Below, piece after piece: positions 49,443 through 59,685 of a stretch of DNA of 64,000 nucleotides. The notes under the pieces are model-generated. The model worked only from the letters and a program-made list of their open reading frames with translations, had not been told where the DNA came from and ran no database searches. The DNA lies in IMG/VR virus record IMGVR_UViG_3300020531_000001, positions 1 through 64,000 of that record; one strand, 5' to 3'. The DNA comes from an uncultured virus (IMG/VR IMGVR_UViG_3300020531_000001). Taxonomy: Duplodnaviria > Heunggongvirae > Uroviricota > Caudoviricetes. Within the stretch, counting starts at the first letter, position 1. Every line of letters starts with the position of its first letter. The position numbers and the translations under genes are program-made.

Positions 49443-51275
49443 ATGGCAGGGTCTGACAGTTCCACAACAGCAAATTCAAATAGAAATTTTGTATCCAGAG
49501 ATGGGAGAAGTGCAACTTTTGACAGATCCATGACTTCTTATTTGAATTCAAGAAGTACAAATTCTTATGATATTTTAGATTCTGACGAAAATAAAAATAC
49601 AAAATACAAGTATTTCAAAAAGGTTGGAATGCGAAGAGCGGAAGCAATTTCCAAAAATTCAATAGCATTAAGCAACGATTTTAATAACACTGCATATGGA
49701 ATGATGCATAAAGATTCATCATTCGGTGATGTGATGTATGCAACCGTTTCAGAAGATAAACCAGGAAGATTAAGAGATTATAGATCAATAGCTGCATATT
49801 CTGAAGTTTCAGATGCATTAGATGAAATTTGCGACGAGTGTGTAAATTATGATGAAAATTCAAATATATTGAAACTTTTATTTGTAAATGATAATTTAAA
49901 GTCTATTGAAAAAGAAAAAATAGCCGACGAATTTGATAAATTTATAGATCATTTTGATTTTAAAAATAAAGGATGGAGATATTTTAGACAATTCTTAATA
50001 GAAGGTGAACTGTATTTTGAAAATATAATCCACGAAGATTATACAAAACAAGGCATTTTAGCTGTTCAAAATTTACCAGCCGATAATATAGATCCTGTAT
50101 ATGCTAATATACAAAACATGTTGATTAAAGGATTTTTATATAAAAAACCTGTTTTTGATCCAAACGATCCGAAAAAAGTTGAAAGATTTGAATATATACC
50201 ATTTGAAGAAAATCAAATTATATATGTCAACAACGAAGCTTACAATGAAACAAAAGAATTTGTAGTTCCATTTGTTGAAAATTGCAGACGCGCATATCGT
50301 CAATTATCAATGATTGAAGATAGTGTTGTTATACATAGATTAGTACACGCTCCTCTTCGTTTTATGTTTAATGTGGACGTTGGTAGAATGCCAGTTCCAC
50401 AAGCAGAATCATATCTTCGTAAATTACAACAACAATATTGGTCTACAAAAACATTTGATTCTGATCAAAATGATATTGTTAAAAAATATAATCCACAGTC
50501 AATGTTGGATAGTTATTGGTTTGCAAAACGTCAAGGTCAAGAAGCTACATCAGTTCAAACTTTCGGAGGACAACCAAGCGATGGCAATTTAGATGTTTTG
50601 GATTGGTTCCTTAGAAAGCTTTATCGTTCTTTAAAAGTACCAACAAGTAGATTGAAAGATGATAGCGGATTATCAGACGGTTCTCAAATTTTAAATGAAG
50701 AATTGAAATTTGCAAAAATGATAGTTCGCCAACAACAAAAATTTGCAGCAGCTATTAAAAAAGGATTTATTACTCACATCAAACTTCGTGGAATGTTCGA
50801 CGAATATGATGTCGAAGAACAAAACATCGATATTTCTTTTGTTCCACCTGGAACATTTTTCGAAATGAGAGAAAATCAAAAGAAACAATTGAAAGTTGAA
50901 ATGTATGGTAGTGTTATGAATACACAAAATATTTCTGACACTTTTGCAAAGAAAAAATATTTGGGCTGGAGTGATAAAGATGTGTTGGCTGATAGAGAAT
51001 TTAGACGATCTGATGCTGCATTTACTTGGGAACTTCAACAAATTTCATCAGCTGGACCAAATTGGAAAGCACAATTATTACAAGGTGCTGCAGAACCAGC
51101 GGCGGCTGGAGAAGCTCCAGAAATGGGCGGCGGTATTGGTGGTGGAATGCCTCCTGATTTTGGAGGAGGTCCAGCGGCAATTGGTGGAGAGACAGGAGCA
51201 CCACCTCCTCAAGAAGAACCATTTGGAGGAGAAACTAATACAGAACCACCACCTGGAGAAGGAACCCCAGCTTAA
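49443..51275 (+). CDS. gp20: portal protein (gp20)
   Basis: EVSDALDEI, QLSMIEDSVVIHRLVHAP.R..F.VDVG.MP, LYRSLKVPTSRL, EELKF. Confidence 0.97.
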   Translation: MAGSDSSTTANSNRNFVSRDGRSATFDRSMTSYLNSRSTNSYDILDSDENKNTKYKYFKKVGMRRAEAISKNSIALSNDFNNTAYGMMHKDSSFGDVMYATVSEDKPGRLRDYRSIAAYSEVSDALDEICDECVNYDENSNILKLLFVNDNLKSIEKEKIADEFDKFIDHFDFKNKGWRYFRQFLIEGELYFENIIHEDYTKQGILAVQNLPADNIDPVYANIQNMLIKGFLYKKPVFDPNDPKKVERFEYIPFEENQIIYVNNEAYNETKEFVVPFVENCRRAYRQLSMIEDSVVIHRLVHAPLRFMFNVDVGRMPVPQAESYLRKLQQQYWSTKTFDSDQNDIVKKYNPQSMLDSYWFAKRQGQEATSVQTFGGQPSDGNLDVLDWFLRKLYRSLKVPTSRLKDDSGLSDGSQILNEELKFAKMIVRQQQKFAAAIKKGFITHIKLRGMFDEYDVEEQNIDISFVPPGTFFEMRENQKKQLKVEMYGSVMNTQNISDTFAKKKYLGWSDKDVLADREFRRSDAAFTWELQQISSAGPNWKAQLLQGAAEPAAAGEAPEMGGGIGGGMPPDFGGGPAAIGGETGAPPPQEEPFGGETNTEPPPGEGTPA

Positions 51276-51568
51276 CTACAAAATTTTACACAATTGAATG
51301 AGGATGAATAATAAAATCCAGTTCCATTATTTGATGCGAAATTAAATCCTGGTGTGCTGGCATCAACACATTGATAAAAATAATACGTTGTTCCATTGTT
51401 TGAAGATACATGATTATATCTGGTTGATTGTCCCCATAAAATAAAATCATTGGCTGAGAGATAATAATATCTGGAACCATTATTTGCTTGTAAATCGATA
51501 CCTATTTGACTAAGAACTCCGCAAGATATCGGAAAATAGAAAGTTCCATTATTATCGGTTATTGCCAC
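51272..51568 (-). CDS. small late protein with four NNG-aromatic repeats
   Basis: DNNGTFYF, ANNGSRYYY, SNNGTTYYF, SNNGTGFYY; TAAATA 5 nt before the GTG. Confidence 0.6.
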   Translation of the reverse strand: MAITDNNGTFYFPISCGVLSQIGIDLQANNGSRYYYLSANDFILWGQSTRYNHVSSNNGTTYYFYQCVDASTPGFNFASNNGTGFYYSSSFNCVKFCS

Positions 51569-51605
51569 AATATTATTTAATTAAAGCAATAGATTAAATA
51601 CATTT

Positions 51606-52748
51606 ATGTCTCAATTGTGCCAAATAAGTCCGATATCAGCATTCATGTCAACGAATTTAAATTCAAAGATAGAATGTTTTCAGCAATTGGGAGAGCGTAT
51701 CATGAGAATGTTGGGACATCCAATTATAAATGTAGAAATTCATCCTGATCAATTATATGATTCTATTTCAATGGCAGTTGAGTTTTTTACAAAGTATGCT
51801 GGTTACACTCAAGAATATTTGATATTTGATAGTAATTTATACGAATCAAACAAAGGTATAAGGCTTGATCATTTATTTACAGTTGCAAATACTGGATTTA
51901 CATTGAGTCAAAAATTACAACAACCAAATAGATCAAATCCAGATTTTACTGTTGATATTCCAGAAGCATTGTATGTATCATTATCTTCAATTCCACAATC
52001 TTATTTTTCAGCGAGTAGTGCATTGAGTTCTGCAGTTGCATCAGATGGAATTTACGAAATGCAAATAATTAACTCTGAAATATATAATCAATTTATATCA
52101 TACAATCCTCAGCTGAGTGCGCATTTTAAAATGTCTCCTCAAAGAAAGATATCTTCTCAATGTCAAAACATAGAAAATGCAACTCAATACAATAACATGT
52201 TTGATTATGATGTGATGGATTATAGAAAAGTAATGTCTGTTACTGATTTTGAAGAAGGAAGCAATCAAGGTATAAATACATTATTCACCTTAGAACAAAC
52301 ACTTGCACAACAAACATATTTTAGTTATGCTATGGGTAATTATGGTTTTGATTTACTTTCATGGCATACTATGAAAGATTGGATTGAAACAAGAGAAAAG
52401 CTTTTAGCAATTCGTAGAGATATACATTTTGATGCAAGAACACAATATCTAAAATTCTATCCGCAACCAAAAAATACAAGATTCTATGGTGTAATTTCTT
52501 GTTATGTTGAAAGACCAATAAGAGACATAATCAAAGAAAAATGGGTATTGGAATACAGTGTAGCATTAGCTAAAGTAATGTGGGGAAGAATCCTTACAAA
52601 AATAACAGGAGTTTCATTACTTGGTGGTGGAAATTTCAACGGTGATACTATTCTCGCAGAAGGTATCAGAGAAAAAGAAGCATTGGAAACAATGTTGGTC
52701 GAAGGTGGATACGGAGATTTTGCACCTGTCTCGCTACTAGTTGGATAA
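51606..52748 (+). CDS. gp13: neck protein (gp13)
   Basis: RMLGHPIINVEI..DQ, WVLEY..AL.K..WG..L.K..GV.L.GG..NG. Confidence 0.9.
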   Translation: MSQLCQISPISAFMSTNLNSKIECFQQLGERIMRMLGHPIINVEIHPDQLYDSISMAVEFFTKYAGYTQEYLIFDSNLYESNKGIRLDHLFTVANTGFTLSQKLQQPNRSNPDFTVDIPEALYVSLSSIPQSYFSASSALSSAVASDGIYEMQIINSEIYNQFISYNPQLSAHFKMSPQRKISSQCQNIENATQYNNMFDYDVMDYRKVMSVTDFEEGSNQGINTLFTLEQTLAQQTYFSYAMGNYGFDLLSWHTMKDWIETREKLLAIRRDIHFDARTQYLKFYPQPKNTRFYGVISCYVERPIRDIIKEKWVLEYSVALAKVMWGRILTKITGVSLLGGGNFNGDTILAEGIREKEALETMLVEGGYGDFAPVSLLVG

Positions 52749-52749
52749 T

Positions 52750-53202
52750 ATGCTTCCTTTAAAAAGAGACAAAAGATTCCGTCAAGGAATTTACAAACCA
52801 AAAAATCCTAAAAAATTTATTGGAACTACTGCAATTTATCGTAGTGGTTTAGAATGTAAGTTTTTTATGTTTTGTGACAATAATAGTAATGTTATAAAAT
52901 GGGGAAGTGAAAATATAATAATACCTTACGTTTCAAAAATTGATGGAAAGTGGCACAAGTATTATGTGGATAATTATGTTGAAATAATGGAAGGAACTAA
53001 ATTAGTGAAATATTTAGTGGAAATAAAACCACACAAACAGACTTTAAAACCAGAAGCGAAGCAGGGAAAACGAAAAAGTAGTTTGCTGTATGAACAAACA
53101 CAATGGATCATAAATCACGAAGGTAAATGGCCAGCAGCTAGAAAATTTTGTGAAAGTAAAGGATGGAAGTTCCTTATTTTAACAGAGAAGGAATTGAATT
53201 AA
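52750..53202 (+). CDS. gp4: head completion nuclease (gp4, TnsA-like)
   Basis: QG.YKPKNPKK, YRSGLE, WGSE, YYVD, VEIKP, KW.AA, ILTEKEL. Confidence 0.9.
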   Translation: MLPLKRDKRFRQGIYKPKNPKKFIGTTAIYRSGLECKFFMFCDNNSNVIKWGSENIIIPYVSKIDGKWHKYYVDNYVEIMEGTKLVKYLVEIKPHKQTLKPEAKQGKRKSSLLYEQTQWIINHEGKWPAARKFCESKGWKFLILTEKELN

Positions 53203-53226
53203 AAATTCTTTTAATAAATAAGATAA

Positions 53227-55215
53227 ATGAGGATTTTTACGGAAAATGTCAATTTTATCTCCACATCGGGGGATAAAAATATTCTTCAAATAGAAAATTA
53301 TGAAGAAGTATTTTTTGATGTTTATGAAATATCAATAAATGGTAAAAAATTCATTTCTGAAAAAATAGGAGAATATGAAAAAAAACCTATTGTAAAAATA
53401 CCCGTGGAAATCGACGGGATTAAAAAAGAATACCCATTTATATTAAACGAAGGTAAATTTCAAATAGTGTTCAATGAACAAAATGAATTGATTCAAGAAT
53501 CTGTAGAAGAAAATATTCCAGCGATAACTGAAGAATTTGATGAGGTTGAAGAATATTCCAAAGAATCGTTTGAAAAAGAACTCATAGATATTCAAGAAAA
53601 GAAAAATAAAATTCTGGAATATATAGAAAATGTTAAAAAAACTGCAAAACAGCAAACTGATGAATATAATAAAAACCAGTTAAAAATTCTAGAACAGCAA
53701 AAAGAAGAAAATAAAAAAGAATTAAAATCTTTATTGGAATCTTCTAAGCAATCATGGTTTGAAGAATTTGTCGATGTATCAGATAAAATTAAAAAAGAAT
53801 TATTTGATAGATTGAATATTAATAATTCTGAAATTTATGAATCAATTGATTTGAAATTAGAAATCATTTCTGATGATTTTAAGAAATTAATTGAAGAAGA
53901 TTTTTCAAATACCGAAAAAATATTTGAAAATAAAATAAAAGAATTAATAACAGAAATTTATAATAATCAGGTTATCAAAGTCATCAACGATGGTATTGAT
54001 AAAATTTCACAACAATCAGAAGTTTCTTTTGAAAATATAAAAAATGATTTTGATTTGGCTCTTTCTGAAAAAGCAACCAGCGTTGATTTAAAAAATGTCG
54101 AAGATAAGTTAGAAACTGAAATTTTATCAGTACAAAAAGAATCAATTGAATTACACGATTTAATTTCAAAAAGCGTATCATCAAATAAAAAATCAATAAC
54201 ATATATTGAAAATAAAATTGATGAAACTCAAAAAGAATTAAAAGAGAACATCATAAAAATAATTGATGAAAAGATCGAAGAAAACGAAGATAGCATAACA
54301 ACATATTACAATGAAAAACTTGACGTTGTTGAAAATAAACTTATAGATCTTTCAGACGAAAACAGACAGTATTTCATTGGATTGATAAACGAAAGCAGAG
54401 ATAATCTCTTAAAAGAAATCAAATCCATTAAAGAAAATAAAGCAATAGAATATATTGTTGAAAATAAAAAAACTGGGGAAAAGAAAGAAATTGATATTAA
54501 TTCAATAAAAAGCGATCTCCAGAAAGAAATATCAAATAAAATCTCAAATGAGATAATCTCTCTTAGAAAATATACAGCATATCATGGCGGCGGTGGAGGT
54601 ACTGTAGCTCAACAATTTGCAGATGGTGGAACCATGAACGGATCATTGAATATCAATGGTCAAATATTAAGTGGTGGTGTTGATATAGCTACATTATTTA
54701 CAATTGGGGGAACTTCAAATTTCGCAACTTATGATTTTGTAAATAATAATTTTTTAAATTTATCAGGAGGTATAATTACTGGAAGTACACGCTTCAACAG
54801 TAATGTAACAATTTACGGTAATCTTACCGCTACTGGCACTACAACATTTAACAATACGATATTCTCTGTTACAAGTGCATTAAGTGTTGTTCATATAGGT
54901 GAGGGTCCAGCAGTGTGGGTAGGTAATAGCGGCCTTGGTGATATAGCTTCTTTCAATGATATAGATACAGGGCTTGAAGTATTACACGTTGGCGGTAGTA
55001 ACGGCGCATTCCCCAATGTCGGCGTAAAGACTAGTACACCTAATGTTGATTTTACGGTTAATGGTCAAATTAGCGCTTCCAATACAATTTGGAGTTCTGG
55101 TGGTAATTCTAATAACTGGAATAGTACTTATAGTATGGTAAACGCTTTAAGTGCTACATGGAGTTTAGGTCCTGATGACTCAAATACAATTATAGGTCTT
55201 TCAATCTTTTTATAA
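53227..55215 (+). CDS. long coiled-coil protein with C-terminal fibre-like domain
   Basis: E/K-rich heptads, GGGGG hinge, then GGTMNG.L.ING and NVGV.TSTP motifs. Confidence 0.7.
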   Translation: MRIFTENVNFISTSGDKNILQIENYEEVFFDVYEISINGKKFISEKIGEYEKKPIVKIPVEIDGIKKEYPFILNEGKFQIVFNEQNELIQESVEENIPAITEEFDEVEEYSKESFEKELIDIQEKKNKILEYIENVKKTAKQQTDEYNKNQLKILEQQKEENKKELKSLLESSKQSWFEEFVDVSDKIKKELFDRLNINNSEIYESIDLKLEIISDDFKKLIEEDFSNTEKIFENKIKELITEIYNNQVIKVINDGIDKISQQSEVSFENIKNDFDLALSEKATSVDLKNVEDKLETEILSVQKESIELHDLISKSVSSNKKSITYIENKIDETQKELKENIIKIIDEKIEENEDSITTYYNEKLDVVENKLIDLSDENRQYFIGLINESRDNLLKEIKSIKENKAIEYIVENKKTGEKKEIDINSIKSDLQKEISNKISNEIISLRKYTAYHGGGGGTVAQQFADGGTMNGSLNINGQILSGGVDIATLFTIGGTSNFATYDFVNNNFLNLSGGIITGSTRFNSNVTIYGNLTATGTTTFNNTIFSVTSALSVVHIGEGPAVWVGNSGLGDIASFNDIDTGLEVLHVGGSNGAFPNVGVKTSTPNVDFTVNGQISASNTIWSSGGNSNNWNSTYSMVNALSATWSLGPDDSNTIIGLSIFL

Positions 55216-55232
55216 AAAAAATAAATAAAATC

Positions 55233-55598
55233 ATGGCAACATATACAAAGCAATTATTATCACAAAGCACAAATGGCAAGTCTATTGTTATAGCTGCCAG
55301 TGGTGCTAACACTACAACAATACACACAACACAAGCATCATCAAGTGTAGTTGATGAGGTGTGGTTATACGCTACAAACTCTACAACATCAGATATAATG
55401 TTTAATTTATTATATGGAGGTACAGATTTTTCAACTGATATTTTATTTGAAGGTGTTATTGAGGCTTATGCTGGAAATACATTAATCTGCCCTGGTTTAA
55501 TTTTACAAGGAGATGGAACTACGGGATCTTCTATATATGGAAATGCTAGTGTATTGAGTGGCATTAATGTTTTTGGCTATGTAAATAGGATAAGTTAA
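55233..55598 (+). CDS. small structural protein
   Basis: DEVWLYATN, NVFGYVNRI; late box. Confidence 0.6.
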   Translation: MATYTKQLLSQSTNGKSIVIAASGANTTTIHTTQASSSVVDEVWLYATNSTTSDIMFNLLYGGTDFSTDILFEGVIEAYAGNTLICPGLILQGDGTTGSSIYGNASVLSGINVFGYVNRIS

Positions 55599-55599
55599 T

Positions 55600-58269
55600 A
55601 TGAGTATTCGTTACGGAAATAAAGTTGGACCGTTAGTCTCACGTAAGTCTTCTTTTTTTAAAAAGGATAGATTTGATCGACTGCGTATAAAACAACCAAC
55701 AGCAGCAGCAACTCCAGCCACACCGTCTCCATGGGTTCGTCCTGCTGATTGGTTGACAATGCCGACTATAATATCTTCAGAGCAAAAAATAGCTTTGTTG
55801 ATGCCAGTGTTTCCGCAACAATCTAACTTTCTCGCTTTTACAATATCTGGAGCATATACAGTTGATTGGGGTGATGGTGTAACAGAAAATGTTGCATCTG
55901 GTGTTAAAGCTCAACATGAATACTCTTATACCGACCCAGATTTAAATGCCACCGTTGCAAGTGATGGTTATAAAATGGCAGTTGTAGTCATTACTCCTCA
56001 AGCTGGTCAAAATATAACAAGTGTAAACTTTAACCAAAAGTATGCACAAGCAGGATCTACATTTCCCGATTCATCTCCTATATTAGAAATAGCTTTATCT
56101 TGCCCAAGTTTAACAGGTTTAACTCTTGGTAATACAACCGCTTCTTTGGCTTTTTGTAAAAATTTAGTTAGTTTCACTGGAGTCAATATAGGATTATTAA
56201 CTGACTTATCTAGTTCATTTGCAAATTTAGTTTCATTAAAAAATGTATCTTTTAATGATCTTACTAATATTACTAATATGAGTAGTATGTTTCGGAGTTG
56301 CTCTTCTCTTACAACAGTACCGCTTTTTAATACAGAGAATGTTATTAATATGACTAGTATGTTTCAGAGTTGCACTGCTCTTACAAGCGTACCTCTGTTT
56401 AATACATCAGCTGTTACTAGTATGAGTGGTATGTTTAGTAGTTGCACTGCTCTTACAAGCGTACCTCTGTTTAATACATCAGCTGTTACTAGTATGAGTA
56501 GTATGTTTAATGGCTGCACTACTCTTACAACTGTACCGCTTTTTAATACAGGGGCCGTTACTAATATGGGTAGTATGTTTAATAGTTGTACTACTCTTAC
56601 AACTGTACCGCTTTTTAATACAGGGGCCGTTACTAATATGGGTAGTATGTTTGCCTCTTGTTCCCGTCTTCAGACTGTACCATTATTTAACACGCAAAAT
56701 GTTACTACTATGGGAGGTGCTTTTCCACCAAATGGAATGTTTTCTGGCTGTAGATCACTTATAACTGTACCACTATTCAATACAGTAGCTGTTACTGATA
56801 TGGGTGGTATGTTTTTTAGTTGCTTTTCTCTTACAAGTGTACCGCTTTTTAATACAGTAGCTGTTACTAGGATGTCTTTTATGTTTGCTAGTTGTTCCTC
56901 ACTTACAAGTGTACCACTATTCAATACAGCAGCTGTACAATTCATAAATAATATGTTTGCTAGTTGTTCCTCACTTACAACTGTACCACTATTCAATACA
57001 GCAGCTGTTACTAATATGAATAGTATGTTTAATAGTTGCACTACTCTTACAACCGTACCGTTATTCAATACATCAGCTGCTACTGATATGGGTAGTATGT
57101 TTTCTAGTTGCACTACTCTTACAACCGTACCGTTATTCAATACAGTAGCTGTTACTAGTATGAGTGGTATGTTTAGTAGTTGCACTGCTCTTACAAGCGT
57201 ACCGTTATTCAATACAGTAGCTGTTACTAGTATGAGTAGTATGTTTAGTAGTTGCACTGCTCTTACAAGCGTACCTCTGTTTAATACATCAGCCGTACAA
57301 TTGATGAATAGTATGTTTAGTGGTTGCTCTTCTCTTACAAGTGTACCGTTATTCAATACAGCAGCTGTTACTAATATGAATAGTATGTTTTCTAATTGCA
57401 CTACTCTTACAAGTGTACCTCTGTTTAATACAGCAGCTGTTATTGATATGTCTAGTATGTTTAATGGTTGTACTTCTCTTACAACTGTACCACTGTTTAA
57501 TACAGCAGCTGTTACTAGTATGAGTAATATGTTTAACGGTTGTACTTCTCTTACAACTGTACCGTTATTAATTTCAGGTGCTGGAACAAATACAGGAAAG
57601 TTTGGTGGTATTTTTGCAAGTTGTATATCACTTACAAGAGCAGCATTGAATGGTTCTGAATATTCAATAAGTTATAGTGGTTGTAAATTATCAAAAGAAG
57701 AATTAGAATCTATATTCAATTATCTAGACACAATAGGTGCTGCTTCTCAAACAATAACAGTATCAAATAATTGGGGAGCGCCGACACCTGTAACTCTTAC
57801 AGGAACTACAACTGTTGGTAGCACAACAATAAGCATGGCAAACACCACTGGTATTGCTGTAGGTATGCAAATTACAGGAACAGGATCACCTCTTACATCA
57901 ACTAGAGCAGTAACATTTACCGATGCAGGTGATTTAGTCAACCTTGCAAGTCATGGATTAAGTAATGGAGATGAAGTTTCTTTTGCAACTAGAGTAACAA
58001 CGACTGGTATTGTTATTAATACGATTTATTATGTAGTTAATGCTACGGCAGGTACATTTCAAGTAGCAGCAACTCTAGGTGGTCCAGCATTAGCATTAAC
58101 GACAAACGGTTCTGGAACCTTACGCTATCGTACACAGGTTGTATCAATTAACCCCAACGTAAGCATCACAGTATCACGACAAATGGCTGCGGGGGGTGCA
58201 AATAGTTTAACATTTAGACAATTAAGAACTGGAACAGCCCTATTAAAAGGCTGGGCAGTAACAGCATAA
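55600..58269 (+). CDS. BspA/DUF285-like leucine-rich-repeat surface or fibre protein
   Basis: VDWGDG, about 18 repeats of MF..C..LT.VPLFNT..VT.M, HGLSNGD...YYV C-terminal module. Confidence 0.8.
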   Translation: MSIRYGNKVGPLVSRKSSFFKKDRFDRLRIKQPTAAATPATPSPWVRPADWLTMPTIISSEQKIALLMPVFPQQSNFLAFTISGAYTVDWGDGVTENVASGVKAQHEYSYTDPDLNATVASDGYKMAVVVITPQAGQNITSVNFNQKYAQAGSTFPDSSPILEIALSCPSLTGLTLGNTTASLAFCKNLVSFTGVNIGLLTDLSSSFANLVSLKNVSFNDLTNITNMSSMFRSCSSLTTVPLFNTENVINMTSMFQSCTALTSVPLFNTSAVTSMSGMFSSCTALTSVPLFNTSAVTSMSSMFNGCTTLTTVPLFNTGAVTNMGSMFNSCTTLTTVPLFNTGAVTNMGSMFASCSRLQTVPLFNTQNVTTMGGAFPPNGMFSGCRSLITVPLFNTVAVTDMGGMFFSCFSLTSVPLFNTVAVTRMSFMFASCSSLTSVPLFNTAAVQFINNMFASCSSLTTVPLFNTAAVTNMNSMFNSCTTLTTVPLFNTSAATDMGSMFSSCTTLTTVPLFNTVAVTSMSGMFSSCTALTSVPLFNTVAVTSMSSMFSSCTALTSVPLFNTSAVQLMNSMFSGCSSLTSVPLFNTAAVTNMNSMFSNCTTLTSVPLFNTAAVIDMSSMFNGCTSLTTVPLFNTAAVTSMSNMFNGCTSLTTVPLLISGAGTNTGKFGGIFASCISLTRAALNGSEYSISYSGCKLSKEELESIFNYLDTIGAASQTITVSNNWGAPTPVTLTGTTTVGSTTISMANTTGIAVGMQITGTGSPLTSTRAVTFTDAGDLVNLASHGLSNGDEVSFATRVTTTGIVINTIYYVVNATAGTFQVAATLGGPALALTTNGSGTLRYRTQVVSINPNVSITVSRQMAAGGANSLTFRQLRTGTALLKGWAVTA
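56270..57570 (+). repeat. coding tandem repeat, 72-nt (24-aa) unit, about 18 copies
   Basis: An identical 60-nt stretch occurs at 56521 and 56593. Confidence 0.92.
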
Positions 58270-58273
58270 TTTT

Positions 58274-58465
58274 ATGACATCAGGATTTTACAAAAAAGAT
58301 AATGAGGAACTTTTCTATGCTCCAAACATAGTAGAAGGAAATGGGTTTGTGTTAGTAGCTCAAGACAAAGATCAATATGAATATCCAGTAGATGGATGGT
58401 ATTGGTTTGATAGTGAAGATGAAGCAGAAGAGGTTTTCAATATTTTTAATGAAAACAAAGTGTAA
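58274..58465 (+). CDS. small protein accompanying the fibre gene
   Basis: GFYK...LFYAPN...YPVDGWYWFDSE. Confidence 0.6.
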   Translation: MTSGFYKKDNEELFYAPNIVEGNGFVLVAQDKDQYEYPVDGWYWFDSEDEAEEVFNIFNENKV

Positions 58466-58522
58466 ATTAATAAAGATATTAATAATATTAGATTTTTTAT
58501 AATAAAAAGATAAATAATTTAT

Positions 58523-59188
58523 ATGTTAAAATTAAGATTGATTGCGGAGAACCCAGACCTCTTAGAAAGATTTGAAATTGTTGAAGAACAAGACAATTTA
58601 AAAAAAGGCAGCTCTTTATATGTAAAAGGTCCATTCATAGGATGTAATCAAGTTAATAAAAATCGTCGCATGTATAATTTAGATGAAACACGCGAAGAAG
58701 TTAATCGTTATATCAGTGAAATGGTAACTCCTGGCAGAGCTATGGGAGAACTCAATCATCCATCAAGTGCTGAAGTTAATCTTGAAAGAGCATGTCATTT
58801 AGTCACTGAACTTTATGAAAGCGACAATGCTTTTTTCGGCAAAGCTAAAGTTTTATCTACACCAATGGGTCAAATTTTAAGAGCATTGATAAATGATGGT
58901 GTTAAAGTTGGAATGTCCACAAGAGCATTGGGATCATTGCAAGAAGAATCATCATACAATCTTGTAAAAAACATGAAGCTCGTAGCTATTGATGCAGTAG
59001 CAGATCCATCATTTCCAAAAGCATTTGTTAATGGTATTTTAGAATCAAAACAATGGGTAGTTTCTGATAATGGCAAGTATGAAGAAATTTATGAAAATTT
59101 TGAAAAATCAATAGGTAAATTACCTAAACATGATATGGGTTCTTATCTTAAAGATCAAATTTTAAAATTTATTAATTCACTTAGTTAA
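58523..59188 (+). CDS. gp21: prohead protease (gp21)
   Basis: NKNRRMY, GELNHP, STPMG, GMSTRALGS, DAVADPS..AFVNGILE. Confidence 0.96.
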   Translation: MLKLRLIAENPDLLERFEIVEEQDNLKKGSSLYVKGPFIGCNQVNKNRRMYNLDETREEVNRYISEMVTPGRAMGELNHPSSAEVNLERACHLVTELYESDNAFFGKAKVLSTPMGQILRALINDGVKVGMSTRALGSLQEESSYNLVKNMKLVAIDAVADPSFPKAFVNGILESKQWVVSDNGKYEEIYENFEKSIGKLPKHDMGSYLKDQILKFINSLS

Positions 59189-59196
59189 ATACTGTT

Positions 59197-59682
59197 ATGC
59201 CATTAAAAAAAGGATCATCAGATAAAACAATTTCCGCTAATATAGCAACGGAAATGAAATCTTATAAAAAGACTGGAAAGATCGGAACATCTAAACCAAA
59301 GTCAGACAAAGCTGCTCAAAAGCAAGCAGTTGCTATTGCATACTCCAAAGCTGGTAAAAGCAAAAAGAAAAAAGAAAAACCAGAAGAAGATGCTGAATCC
59401 GTTGTCAAGCAAATGAAAAAAAATAACGGAAAGATGTCATTTAAAGGTCCAAAAACAAAAGAACGTAAACATTCTGCACCTCCTGTTAAAGTACATAAAA
59501 CCAAGAAAGGTAAAGGATCTTACAACAGAAATCAAGAATTGCACGAAAATAATGACATTACTGCATTTATTAATTGTATTTTTGAAAAAAATTACAACGC
59601 TGCGAATAAATATTTAACAGACGTTCTTAATTCAAAGATACAACAACGTATTGAGAATGAACTATCAACTCCCTTATTCTAA
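59197..59682 (+). CDS. basic protein with ArfA-like motif and prohead-core-like C-terminus
   Basis: KQAVAIAYSKAG, KKGKGSYNR, FINCI..KNY..A...L...LNSKI. Confidence 0.65.
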   Translation: MPLKKGSSDKTISANIATEMKSYKKTGKIGTSKPKSDKAAQKQAVAIAYSKAGKSKKKKEKPEEDAESVVKQMKKNNGKMSFKGPKTKERKHSAPPVKVHKTKKGKGSYNRNQELHENNDITAFINCIFEKNYNAANKYLTDVLNSKIQQRIENELSTPLF

Positions 59683-59685
59683 TTT

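Noticed and set aside
56510..57401. Alternative-frame and antisense ORFs in the LRR array (84 and 243 aa)
   Set aside because: By-products of the repeat periodicity, with no promoter or independent signal
56270..57570. Regular ~72-nt repeats as a CRISPR array or DGR template/variable pair
   Set aside because: Units are in-frame coding repeats without unique spacers, differences are not adenine-specific, and no cas or reverse transcriptase gene is in the window
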